Source of the DNA: Candidatus Bipolaricaulota bacterium | GTDB lineage: Bacteria; Bipolaricaulota; Bipolaricaulia; UBA7950; UBA9294 | Reading direction: 5' to 3' | Length of the DNA stretch: 28,017 nucleotides | Assembly: GCA_040752575.1 (NCBI GenBank) | Contig: JBFMGK010000012.1 | Span: 1 to 28,017, forward strand | In this document: one piece after another, positions 16,779 through 24,736 of the stretch | Layout of the letters: every line of letters begins with the position of its first letter | How positions within the stretch are numbered: the stretch's first letter is position 1 | Made by a program: the position numbers and the translations under genes | Notes under the pieces: model-generated | What the model saw: only the letters and a program-made list of their open reading frames with translations | What the model was told of the DNA's origin: nothing | Databases searched by the model: none

Positions 16779-17746
16779 GTAGACCTCCCGCACAAGTAGC
16801 TCAGAAACTCATCGAACCCGTTCCGCGAAGCCGGCGAGACGGGGATCTCGTCGAGCTTCGCCTTGGCCCGCGCCGCGTACTGCTCGATGGCTGTCTGGCA
16901 GGCTTCGCGAACGCCAAGCCGCGTGAAGCAGTCGACGACCCACGAGACCTGAGCGTCGGTCGGCGGGCTTGAGTAGATCGTCGCGAGTTGCTCGGCCAGA
17001 GCGCCGGAGGCGCGCTCGAACGCAACGGCCGCGGCGTACGAGGTCTTCCGTCGGCGAACGTCGGACCCTACGGGCTTTCCCAACGCGGCGCCGTCTCCCC
17101 AGACGCCCAGGAGGTCATCGCGAATCTGGAAGGCTCGTCCGAGAGCGATCCCCGCCGCCGCCAGCGCCTCGCGAGTCTTCGGGGCCGCGCCGACGAGCGA
17201 CGCCGGAAGCTCCAGCGCGCAGGACAAGAGGGCGCCTGTCTTCCCGTCGATCATCTGCAGTACATCGCGGGCGGCACCGCGGCGCGCTTCGAGCTGAAGG
17301 TCGAGCGACTGCCCCTCGATCATCCGGCCCGTCGCCGCGGCAAGGATCAAGGCAGCCTCGGCTCCGGCCCGCGCCGCCTCGCGCGCCGCGAGCGCGTGCA
17401 ACAGGTCCCCGGCGTTGATCGCCTGTGCCACGCCGTACTGAGACCACAAGGTGGGACGTCCGCGGCGGGTCTCGTCTCGATCCTGAATGTCATCGTGGAC
17501 GAGAGAGAACCCGTGGATGAGTTCGAGCGCGACCGCCGCGGGGAGGGCCTCGTCGCGCCGCCCCCCCAGCGCCTCGATCGTGAACAGGACAAGACTCGAG
17601 CGGACAAGCTTCCCCGTGCCTTCAGCCCGGCCGTCAAGTCCGAGGTGGTCGCGAACCATGTCAAACAGCAAGCCGTCACCGGCCACAGCCCGCCGCAATC
17701 CGCCAAGAACCTCCGGCCGGTACTCCGCGAACCAGCTCGGGATCAT
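16775..17746 (-). CDS. Short-chain polyprenyl diphosphate synthase (FPP/GGPP synthase)
   Basis: GKLVR, FSLVHDDIQD..RRGRPT, AINAGD, EGQ..D, KTGAL, AFQIRDDLLG; Phe five residues before the first DDxxD suggests a short product; ATGA overlap with the regulator. Confidence 0.9.
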   Translation of the reverse strand: MIPSWFAEYRPEVLGGLRRAVAGDGLLFDMVRDHLGLDGRAEGTGKLVRSSLVLFTIEALGGRRDEALPAAVALELIHGFSLVHDDIQDRDETRRGRPTLWSQYGVAQAINAGDLLHALAAREAARAGAEAALILAAATGRMIEGQSLDLQLEARRGAARDVLQMIDGKTGALLSCALELPASLVGAAPKTREALAAAGIALGRAFQIRDDLLGVWGDGAALGKPVGSDVRRRKTSYAAAVAFERASGALAEQLATIYSSPPTDAQVSWVVDCFTRLGVREACQTAIEQYAARAKAKLDEIPVSPASRNGFDEFLSYLCGRST

Positions 17747-18366
17747 GGGCCTCTCCTTCCCGAGACAGGCACCGCGATGACCCCCACCGACTCGGCAGCG
17801 GCGACCCATTCGGCAGCGGAGCGCACGCCAAGCTTCTTCATCAGTCTCGCGCGATGGCTCCTCACGGTATGAACGCTCCGGCTCAGAACCGCGGCGATCT
17901 CGGCGTTCTTCTTCCCCTCAACGATCAGGCGAAGGACTTCGTACTCACGCGGAGAGAGGGGCTCGTCGGCGTCGGGAAGCCCTTCGGGCAGACTCCGCCC
18001 GCCCACAGCCACACAACGAACCACTTCGGCCAGTCGATCCGCCGCAGCATCCTTGGCCACAAACCCGGCGGCTCCGACGCGTGCGGCTCGCGCGGCGAAG
18101 GCTTCGTCATCGTGCATCGTCAGGATGACCACGCGCGTCGAGGGGGAGAGGCGCGCCACGCGCCGAGCCGCCTCCAGGCCGTCCAGCAAGGGCATCGAAA
18201 CGTCGACAAGGGCCACGTCGGGCTTCGTCGCCCGAACGACCCGGAGAAGCTCCCGACCGTCCCCCGCTTCCCCAACCACGTCGAATCCGGCGTCGGCAAG
18301 CAGCCCTCGCAGTCCGGCACGCACCAGGGCGTGATCGTCGGCCAGCGCAACACGAATCCGTTCCAT
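17743..18366 (-). CDS. NarL/LuxR-family response regulator (RR2)
   Basis: REC domain: ADDH, LVDVSMP (phospho-Asp), LTM, VAK; HTH: LSPREYEVL..GKKNAEIA..SVHTVRSHR; ATG 18366, alternative 18375. Confidence 0.92.
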   Translation of the reverse strand: MERIRVALADDHALVRAGLRGLLADAGFDVVGEAGDGRELLRVVRATKPDVALVDVSMPLLDGLEAARRVARLSPSTRVVILTMHDDEAFAARAARVGAAGFVAKDAAADRLAEVVRCVAVGGRSLPEGLPDADEPLSPREYEVLRLIVEGKKNAEIAAVLSRSVHTVRSHRARLMKKLGVRSAAEWVAAAESVGVIAVPVSGRRGP

Positions 18367-18373
18367 GCGAGTC

Positions 18374-18379
18374 ATTGTA
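18374..18379 (-). promoter_or_regulatory. -10 element TACAAT of a putative internal promoter for the hopanoid operon
   Basis: TACAAT 7 nt before ATG 18366; no SD; no good -35; inverted repeat CGCCGG-ACG-CCGGCG at 18385-18399. Confidence 0.45.
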
Positions 18380-18419
18380 AGACCCGCCGGACGCCGGCGA
18401 CACCGGGAAACGGTATGAA

Positions 18420-19001
18420 TCAGCGCTTGGGGGGACCGAGCCTCCGACCGTAGGAGATCAGCCCGGCTCGCGTGTGCAATCCAAGACGATCCATGAGACG
18501 CTGCACGTACCCCTCCACCGTCTTGGGGCGAACCCCGAACGCTCGGCTGATCTCCTCGTTGGAACGGCCCTCGGCCATCGCTGCCAGAACGCAGCGTTCG
18601 CGGTGCGAGAGGCGACTTGGAGGCACCTGGATTCCTCCGGACGCCGCGCCGCGTAGGGCCGCGAGTAGCACTTCGGGAGGATCGGACTTCGACACAAGGC
18701 CGCAGGCTCCCCTTTCCGCCGCCTCGGCGGCCACCTCGGGCTCCGCCAGCATGGACAGGACGAGAATCCGCATCGTCGGGCACGCCGCTAGCAGGCTTGG
18801 GATCGCGTCCAGGCCGTGCGCGTCGGGCAGGAGGAGGTCAAGAAGCAGAACGTCCGGCCGTGCGTCGCGCACAAGGGCCGCGGCCGCGGCGGCGGTGCGG
18901 CAGATCCCTACGACCTCGAGGTCGTCCTCAAGGGAGAGCAGGCGCTCGAGGCCTTCGCAAACCAGGGTGTGGTCGTCAACGATCGCAACGCGGATGGGCA
19001 A
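18420..19001 (-). CDS. NarL/LuxR-family response regulator (RR1)
   Basis: REC domain: VDDH, LLDLLLP, LSM, VSK; HTH: LSHRERCVL..GRSNEEIS..PKTVEGY; TTG start after GAGGT, overlapping the kinase end by 26 nt. Confidence 0.9.
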   Translation of the reverse strand: MPIRVAIVDDHTLVCEGLERLLSLEDDLEVVGICRTAAAAAALVRDARPDVLLLDLLLPDAHGLDAIPSLLAACPTMRILVLSMLAEPEVAAEAAERGACGLVSKSDPPEVLLAALRGAASGGIQVPPSRLSHRERCVLAAMAEGRSNEEISRAFGVRPKTVEGYVQRLMDRLGLHTRAGLISYGRRLGPPKR

Positions 19002-20217
19002 TCGGCACCTCGGCCGTTAGGACGGCCCCTCCTTCGGCGCGGGGGGAAAGACTCAGCGTCCCACCGCACAGTGCGACGCGTTCTTCGATCCCGCGGAGCC
19101 CCAATCCGCGGGAACTTCGCGGGTCGATCCCGGATCCGTCATCTTCGACTCGGATGCGCACGATCGTCGGCGTCATTGTCAGGGAGACGGTCGCCGTCTT
19201 GGCCCCGGCGTGACGGACGACGTTCTCGAGCGCTTCGCTGGCCACGTGGTACACAAGGCTCTCCAGCGCGACGTCCAGAGAGCCCGGCTCGTCAGCATCG
19301 ACGTGAATCAAGAGGCCGCTCGACTCGCTCAACGCGTCGGCCAGCCGCTCGAGTGCGGGGAGGAGTCCGAGGTCGTCCAGGAGTGGGGGCCGAAGAGAGT
19401 AGGCCAAAGCTCGCGTCTCGCGAATCGCGTCGTCGATCACGCCGACAGCTCGCCGGTACGTCTCGTCGCCCATGGCGCTCCGCGCCGGAGACAGAACGAG
19501 TTTCGCCGCCGCGAGCGACTGAATGAGCCCATCGTGCAAGCCCCGGGCAATCCGCCGTCGCTCCTCATCTTGTGCCGCCAAGAGCCGTTGCGAAAGCTCG
19601 GCAAGTTCCGCCTCCCTCGCCTGAAGCAGGCGGTTCTTGCGCGCGTCGATCGCAGCGAACGTCCGCACAGTGAACGCAACCACCGCGTAGAGCCCCACAG
19701 CCCCGGCGAGAATCGTGGCGACGTTGTAGGAGAGGCTTCGGTGCGCGGGGGTCGAAAGCGAGAACAAGACGCGGTGCGGCACGACGCCGAAGGCTTCCAT
19801 AAGAACGAGACCGGAGTAGCAGGCCACCACCCACCCCGTCACCAACGCGCCGTGGGCCCTCGGCAGGAATTGGTTGGCGTAGATGACGGTGAACAGGTAG
19901 AAGACGTTCCCAATCCACTCGCTGCCGCTGAGGAAGTGGATGAGGACCGTGATCAGGAGCCCTTCGATGAGAAAGAAGGCCGTGTGGGCTGCATCAAGGG
20001 CCCGCGAAGTCCTCTGTCGCGCGATGACGAAGCCGAAGGGAAACGTGAGCAGAAACCAGACGGCCGGCGAGTAGACCGCGGGGTTCATCCCCCCCATCCC
20101 CGAGACGAGGACGACGACCAGGGCGACGGCGCAAAACACCCCGAGGGTGAGCCTGCGCACCAGGATCGTTCGCAAGACGGCGGCCTTGCGCTCGCGAAAC
20201 TCGGCCTGGCCGTTCAC
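18976..20217 (-). CDS. Membrane sensor histidine kinase, HisKA_3 (NarX/DesK/UhpB class)
   Basis: About 6 hydrophobic segments, a coiled coil, H-box DEERRRIARGLHD, LRPPLLDDLG, N-box EALENVVRHA, DDGSG, GLGLRGIEERV. Confidence 0.92.
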   Translation of the reverse strand: MNGQAEFRERKAAVLRTILVRRLTLGVFCAVALVVVLVSGMGGMNPAVYSPAVWFLLTFPFGFVIARQRTSRALDAAHTAFFLIEGLLITVLIHFLSGSEWIGNVFYLFTVIYANQFLPRAHGALVTGWVVACYSGLVLMEAFGVVPHRVLFSLSTPAHRSLSYNVATILAGAVGLYAVVAFTVRTFAAIDARKNRLLQAREAELAELSQRLLAAQDEERRRIARGLHDGLIQSLAAAKLVLSPARSAMGDETYRRAVGVIDDAIRETRALAYSLRPPLLDDLGLLPALERLADALSESSGLLIHVDADEPGSLDVALESLVYHVASEALENVVRHAGAKTATVSLTMTPTIVRIRVEDDGSGIDPRSSRGLGLRGIEERVALCGGTLSLSPRAEGGAVLTAEVPIAHPRCDR

Positions 20218-20222
20218 GAGCC

Positions 20223-20501
20223 CTACGTCAGATTCGGAGGCAGAACGATGGTGCCGAAGTTCTTCTCGTATCGCTGGATGTTCTCTCCGATCGCGTGGAG
20301 GAGGCGCTTCATGTGGCCCGGATTGAGGACCACCCTGGAGACCAACAGCGCCTGACCGTCCTGCGCCGCCTGCGTCTGCGGATCGAGAAACAGGAAGTCG
20401 AGGATGAACTCCTCCTTGCGATGCGAGATCAGTGCGAGATTCGAGTAGTGCCCTCGCCGCGTCTCGTTGTCCGCCGTCACCTGCATCTTGCGCTCCGCCA
20501 T
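20223..20501 (-). CDS. DUF3467-family protein
   Basis: YSN..ISH..EEFILDF...SRVVLNP.HMKRL..AI.ENI.RYE..FG pattern; GGAGGTG RBS before ATG 20501. Confidence 0.8.
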   Translation of the reverse strand: MAERKMQVTADNETRRGHYSNLALISHRKEEFILDFLFLDPQTQAAQDGQALLVSRVVLNPGHMKRLLHAIGENIQRYEKNFGTIVLPPNLT

Positions 20502-20529
20502 GGGCGCGTCACCTCCTGAAGGCGCGGCG

Positions 20530-20558
20530 ATGGTAGCCCTCGCGGAGAGCCGGGGCAA
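20530..20558 (-). promoter_or_regulatory. sigma70-type promoter for DUF3467-kinase-RR1
   Basis: TTGCCC (20558-20553), 17-nt spacer, TACCAT (20535-20530). Confidence 0.55.
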
Positions 20559-20569
20559 CTGACGGGGAC

Positions 20570-21784
20570 TCAGCTGGCGAGGTAGCGCTCGAAGAACCGC
20601 TCGATCGTCTCTCGGTGGTGGCCGCCGAGGAGGATGTGATGATTGCCCAGCGGGGTGGTGAGCAGGCCGTCGACCTCACCGTTGATGGAGACACGGGCCT
20701 GCGTGCGGCACAGGTCCTCTCGCATCGTCGACTCGACGAGGGTCCCCTCGCGAACGAACAGCTGCGACAGCCGTTCGCCGCCCAATCGAAACAGCGTACA
20801 CGGACCGGGGGGCAGAGTCCCCGCGATCCCGACGCCGATCCCTGACTCGAAGTGACTTCGGATGGCGTAGCTCGGCGCCATGGAGAGAGGGCACATGCAG
20901 TGCGCAACGCCCAAGGTGCGGCGCTCGGCGTCCACATCCGCGATGTTCGCCATAAACGCCGTGGAGCCCGACAGGAGGAACGCGAGGTAGAGCGAGAAGA
21001 GCGACTGGAGGTCGCCCTCGCACCCGGCGGGGATCCCTTCGTCATTGAGCCGCGAGAGGGCGTAGCATCCCGTGTTGTTGAGCTTCTTGACCAAGTCGAA
21101 ACAGCGCAGCGTGCAGGCGGAGAGACGATGCTCGTCGACAAGCTCGCGGAGTCCGTGGTAGATCCTGACCGCGGCCCGGACGTCGTCGCCCGTCGCCTCG
21201 GCGACGAAGCGGGCCCCCTTGACAAACGCCGAGATGTCCTTCCGTGGCGCATCGGCCGTCTCGACGCGCTCAAGGAGCTGTTCCATCGCCAGGTGCACCA
21301 CGTCAATCGACAGCCGCCCCTTGAGAAAGGCGCGATCGACATCGCTGGCCACGAGCCAATCCGACGGATCTCCGATGACTCCGATCCGGCTGAAGCGGAA
21401 CCTCTCCCAAGCGTTTGCCAGCGCCAATTCCTGCCGCAGTCCCTCGCCAATGGACTCAGGAGACCCGTAGAGAATGCGCCCCTCGCCTCCGTCTTGGCGG
21501 ATGCGTGCCAGCACCTCGAGCGACGCGGGGAGGGAGTTGTGGCCCGGATGGGCGATCAAGAGCGTCGGAGACGGGAGCTGAGCCACGACCTTGAGGACGT
21601 CGCGCTCCACGCCGCCCGTGAGGACGAGAATCGCCGACAGGTGGTCGGACGACGGCTGCGCGGTCTCCTCGACGTCGAGGCCGCTCGCCGCGCGGAGGTC
21701 CTGCAAGATCTGGTCTCGTAACTCGTGAACCCGCTCGCGGTCGTGCAGGGCACTCGCGCGAACGATCACGCCAATCTTCTTCAT
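20570..21784 (-). CDS. L-fucose/L-arabinose isomerase-like protein, substrate unknown
   Basis: LTGGVE, HNSLPASLE, TLRCFD, AGCEGD, AHC, SHFESG, LCRTQ, PLGNHH motifs typical of the fucose-isomerase-like family. Confidence 0.7.
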   Translation of the reverse strand: MKKIGVIVRASALHDRERVHELRDQILQDLRAASGLDVEETAQPSSDHLSAILVLTGGVERDVLKVVAQLPSPTLLIAHPGHNSLPASLEVLARIRQDGGEGRILYGSPESIGEGLRQELALANAWERFRFSRIGVIGDPSDWLVASDVDRAFLKGRLSIDVVHLAMEQLLERVETADAPRKDISAFVKGARFVAEATGDDVRAAVRIYHGLRELVDEHRLSACTLRCFDLVKKLNNTGCYALSRLNDEGIPAGCEGDLQSLFSLYLAFLLSGSTAFMANIADVDAERRTLGVAHCMCPLSMAPSYAIRSHFESGIGVGIAGTLPPGPCTLFRLGGERLSQLFVREGTLVESTMREDLCRTQARVSINGEVDGLLTTPLGNHHILLGGHHRETIERFFERYLAS

Positions 21785-21932
21785 GCGCAGATCCTAGCTC
21801 TGCCCGAAGCTCCTCCCGATCCACTCCTGGCATCCGCCGCCAGACACCAGTCACCCGCGCCGGGCACACGCGACGCAGCGCCAAGAGGACGTCCCTCCAC
21901 GACATGGTGGACGAACGCCGTCACTCTCCAGG

Positions 21933-21962
21933 TTGGCCTCCGCGTGTCGTAGCATGTAAACT
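21933..21962 (+). promoter_or_regulatory. Possible promoter for mscS
   Basis: TTGGCC, 18-nt spacer, TAAACT in the divergent intergenic region. Confidence 0.3.
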
Positions 21963-21996
21963 CTGTTCCAAACAGCATTCCAGGAAGGGAGGCCGG

Positions 21997-23061
21997 ATGG
22001 GGTTCTTCGATCAGACGTTCTACCACAACGCCGCCTGGCAGTGGTTCGCTGCGGTCGGCGTCGTCATCGCGACGTGGTTCGTTCTGCAGATCGCCGCGCG
22101 GCTTGCGATCCGCCGCCTGCGCGCCGCTGCTGCGCGGACCGAGGGGCAGTTCGACGATCTCCTCGTCGAACTCCTACGCAAAACGCGATTCGTCCTGGTG
22201 TCGGTCATCGCCGCGTACGCCGGGTCGCGATTCCTGTCGCTGCCGACGGACGCCGTCTCGATCTTGCGAACGCTGTTCATCCTTGCGTTCCTTGCCCAGG
22301 CCGGGACGTGGGGCAACGGACTCGTCTCGTTCTGGCTCGGCCGCGCAGTCCAGAAACGCTATGGAGACGACGGGGGCGCCGCCACCTCCCTCGCCGCGCT
22401 GAGCTTCGTGCTCAAGGTGGTCATCTGGTCCGTCATCCTGCTTCTTGCCCTCGACAACCTCGGCGTCGACGTAACCGGCCTCATCGCGGGTCTCGGGATC
22501 GGCGGTATCGCCATCGCCCTCGGGCTCCAGAGCATCCTCAGAGACCTCTTCGCGTCGTTGTCGATCGTCGTCGACCGCCCGTTTGTCATCGGCGACTTCA
22601 TCGCCGTGGGGGACTTCTCGGGAACGGTCGAGAGGATCGGCCTCAAGACGACGCGCGTCCGCAGCCTGTCGGGCGAGCAACTCGTCTTCTCGAACAACGA
22701 CCTGCTCGAGAGTCGGCTGCGGAACTTCATGCGGATGGCTGAGCGCAGGGTCTCCTTCGGCTTCGGTCTCGCGTTCGACACGCCGGCCCAGATTCTCGGG
22801 ACCGTCCCAACTCTCGTCCGAGAGCAGATCGAACGAGTCTCCAGCGTCCGCTTCGACCGCGCGCACCTCAAGTCGATCGGCGATTCGGTGCTAACGTTTG
22901 AGGTGGTCTTCTACGTCCTCGAGAACGATTACAGCGTCTTCATGGACGCCCAGCAGAAGATCCTCCTGGGCATCTTGGCCGAGTTCGAAGCCCGCGGCAT
23001 CCGCCTCGCGCACCCAACGCAGACCGTGCATGTGCGTCGCACTTCGCTAGAGGACGAATAG
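21997..23061 (+). CDS. Small-conductance mechanosensitive channel, MscS family with extra N-terminal TM helices
   Basis: LIAGLGIGGIAIALGLQ, DRPFVIGDFI, GTVERIGLKTTRVRSLSGEQLVFSN; GGAGG RBS before ATG 21997. Confidence 0.93.
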   Translation: MGFFDQTFYHNAAWQWFAAVGVVIATWFVLQIAARLAIRRLRAAAARTEGQFDDLLVELLRKTRFVLVSVIAAYAGSRFLSLPTDAVSILRTLFILAFLAQAGTWGNGLVSFWLGRAVQKRYGDDGGAATSLAALSFVLKVVIWSVILLLALDNLGVDVTGLIAGLGIGGIAIALGLQSILRDLFASLSIVVDRPFVIGDFIAVGDFSGTVERIGLKTTRVRSLSGEQLVFSNNDLLESRLRNFMRMAERRVSFGFGLAFDTPAQILGTVPTLVREQIERVSSVRFDRAHLKSIGDSVLTFEVVFYVLENDYSVFMDAQQKILLGILAEFEARGIRLAHPTQTVHVRRTSLEDE

Positions 23062-24228
23062 CCCGACGATCGCCGTCGCTGCCGCAGCGATCGCCGTCGG
23101 CGGCGCGACACGCCGCAGGAAGGCCCCCATCGATGTGCCGAAGTAGGCAATCGACACCGAGACACACGGATGCACGGGGGTCGCCACGTATCCCAGGAAG
23201 GCCGCGGAGTACGTCACGGCAAACGCGGGCAGCGAAACGGACCCCGCCGACGCGACGTAGATCGGAAGGATCACCGCCATCGGAGCTTCGATCCTGCCGG
23301 TGATCCAGCCAAGCGCTAGGCCGCCGCCAACGCACAGCGCAAGAGGAGGGAGCCTCATCCCGGCAATCCAGGCCGGCGCACCGGAGGCCGCAAACACGTT
23401 CAGGAATGCGAACATCGCCAGGACAATGGCGGCGTACGTCCACGGCTTGGCCTGGAGAACGATCGCACGTAGAGCCGGGATGCGCACGCGCCCAACCCGC
23501 AGGGCGAGGAGGAGACTCGCGACAACGCCGACTGCGGTCGAGATCTCACGGGCGGGAAGACGGACGAACGTGGAGACCAGAAGATCGATCAGCGGAGCCG
23601 CCAAGAGAATCGTCACCGGCAGGGCCAGCTCTCGCAGCGAGAACGGCCGCCGCGACACCCTTTCCCCGCGGACGCGGGCGAGCAGGAACGCGCTGCCGAC
23701 GGCAAGAAAGCCGAGAAACGGGATCACGAGGTAGGGCAAGGTCGCATACACATTCAGCCCCGCCACCTTGGCCGAGGCGATCAACGACGAGCTAAGCGGG
23801 TAGACGAGGAGCAGGATGTGGCGGAACCAAACGTTCGCCGCGGCCTTGACGTCCGCCGGAACGTGGCCCGCGCCCCGTTCGACGAGGGGGGCGGAGAGAA
23901 GGGCTCCCCCGGGCATCGGCATCAGACCCAATAACGCAGGCGAAAGCATGAGAAACGTCCGCACGCCGACGCGAAGCTGATCGACGAGATTCGCCATCTG
24001 TCCTGAGACCTCGAGGGTCCCGGCAATGAGCGGAATGGTGAACACGATGCCGGCCAGAAGCAGTACCGAGGGGTCGGAGACCGTGTGCCAGAGCGCGAGG
24101 CCGAACGACGCGGGAGACAGCGAGAAGACGCCAAGCCCCAGAGCCGCTGCGAGAAGCCCGAGAGCCAGATTCCGACGCGACAGGACGAGCAGCGCCGTGA
24201 CGGCCGCCGCGAAACCGAGAGCGAGCAC
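23047..24228 (-). CDS. DUF401-like multi-pass membrane protein, putative transporter
   Basis: Highly hydrophobic; PALLGLMPMPGGALLSAP, NVWFRH, PVHPC motifs; GTG 24228 after a G-rich RBS; 3' end overlaps mscS by 15 nt (convergent). Confidence 0.7.
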   Translation of the reverse strand: MLALGFAAAVTALLVLSRRNLALGLLAAALGLGVFSLSPASFGLALWHTVSDPSVLLLAGIVFTIPLIAGTLEVSGQMANLVDQLRVGVRTFLMLSPALLGLMPMPGGALLSAPLVERGAGHVPADVKAAANVWFRHILLLVYPLSSSLIASAKVAGLNVYATLPYLVIPFLGFLAVGSAFLLARVRGERVSRRPFSLRELALPVTILLAAPLIDLLVSTFVRLPAREISTAVGVVASLLLALRVGRVRIPALRAIVLQAKPWTYAAIVLAMFAFLNVFAASGAPAWIAGMRLPPLALCVGGGLALGWITGRIEAPMAVILPIYVASAGSVSLPAFAVTYSAAFLGYVATPVHPCVSVSIAYFGTSMGAFLRRVAPPTAIAAAATAIVGLFVL

Positions 24229-24338
24229 GCTCAGACCACCCCCGTTGGAGCGCCTAAGCGTACGATGACTCCTCGCGCGATCCCAGGAGAGTCGTCGCCA
24301 CGGTGAACGGCACGCATACTGTGCGAGAGGTGATCTTC

Positions 24339-24725
24339 TTGACGACCCTGGAGGCTCGTGTACGAGAAGCGGCGGTCGACGGCCGCCTGCCGTGTTCCCT
24401 CGCCTTCTCCTTGGCCCATCGCGAAAGCGTTGCGCCGCGAGCCGTGCGCGAGGCAGCAGATGCCGCCGGACTGCGCATCGCGCTCTGCCAGCTTGGTCTG
24501 TTCGGGTACGAAGCGTACGGCGACCGGCGCTGGGCCCGCTCCCTCGCATCCCTCCCCGAGGCAGTCACCGAGGTAGTTCGCGCCCGCTCCGACCAGGGAA
24601 CCTTGAGCTGCCAGGCCGCGTGGGCTCTGGCCGAGGAACTCGGTCTGCCGCGGCTCCTTGTCGGCTCGGTCCTCGAGACGCTCGGGATCCGCGTTTCGGT
24701 TTGTCAGCTGGGCTGCTTTGGATAA
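24339..24725 (+). CDS. Uncharacterised protein of two tandem ~60-aa Cys-containing repeats (G.L.C..A..LA...CQLG(L/C)FG)
   Basis: Internal duplication visible in the translation; TTG 24339 follows GAGGTG (ORF track start 24303). Confidence 0.75.
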   Translation: MTTLEARVREAAVDGRLPCSLAFSLAHRESVAPRAVREAADAAGLRIALCQLGLFGYEAYGDRRWARSLASLPEAVTEVVRARSDQGTLSCQAAWALAEELGLPRLLVGSVLETLGIRVSVCQLGCFG

Positions 24726-24736
24726 GTCCACGCCTC

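Noticed and set aside
46..18366. ACL supplying acetyl-CoA for hopanoid synthesis, as in eukaryotic sterol synthesis
   Set aside because: The operon carries MEP genes (ispG, ispH), which use pyruvate and GAP; no mevalonate genes are seen, and acn and iclR have their own predicted promoters
14099..18783. Long N-terminal extensions in the ORF track for shc, ispG, hpnG, the prenyl synthase and RR2 (also hpnC, hpnE, DUF401-like and ABC permease)
   Set aside because: They overlap upstream genes and are low-complexity; downstream starts give clean overlaps or RBSs
23047..23061. 15-nt convergent overlap of mscS and the DUF401-like gene as an antisense system
   Set aside because: Short tail-to-tail overlaps are common in compact genomes
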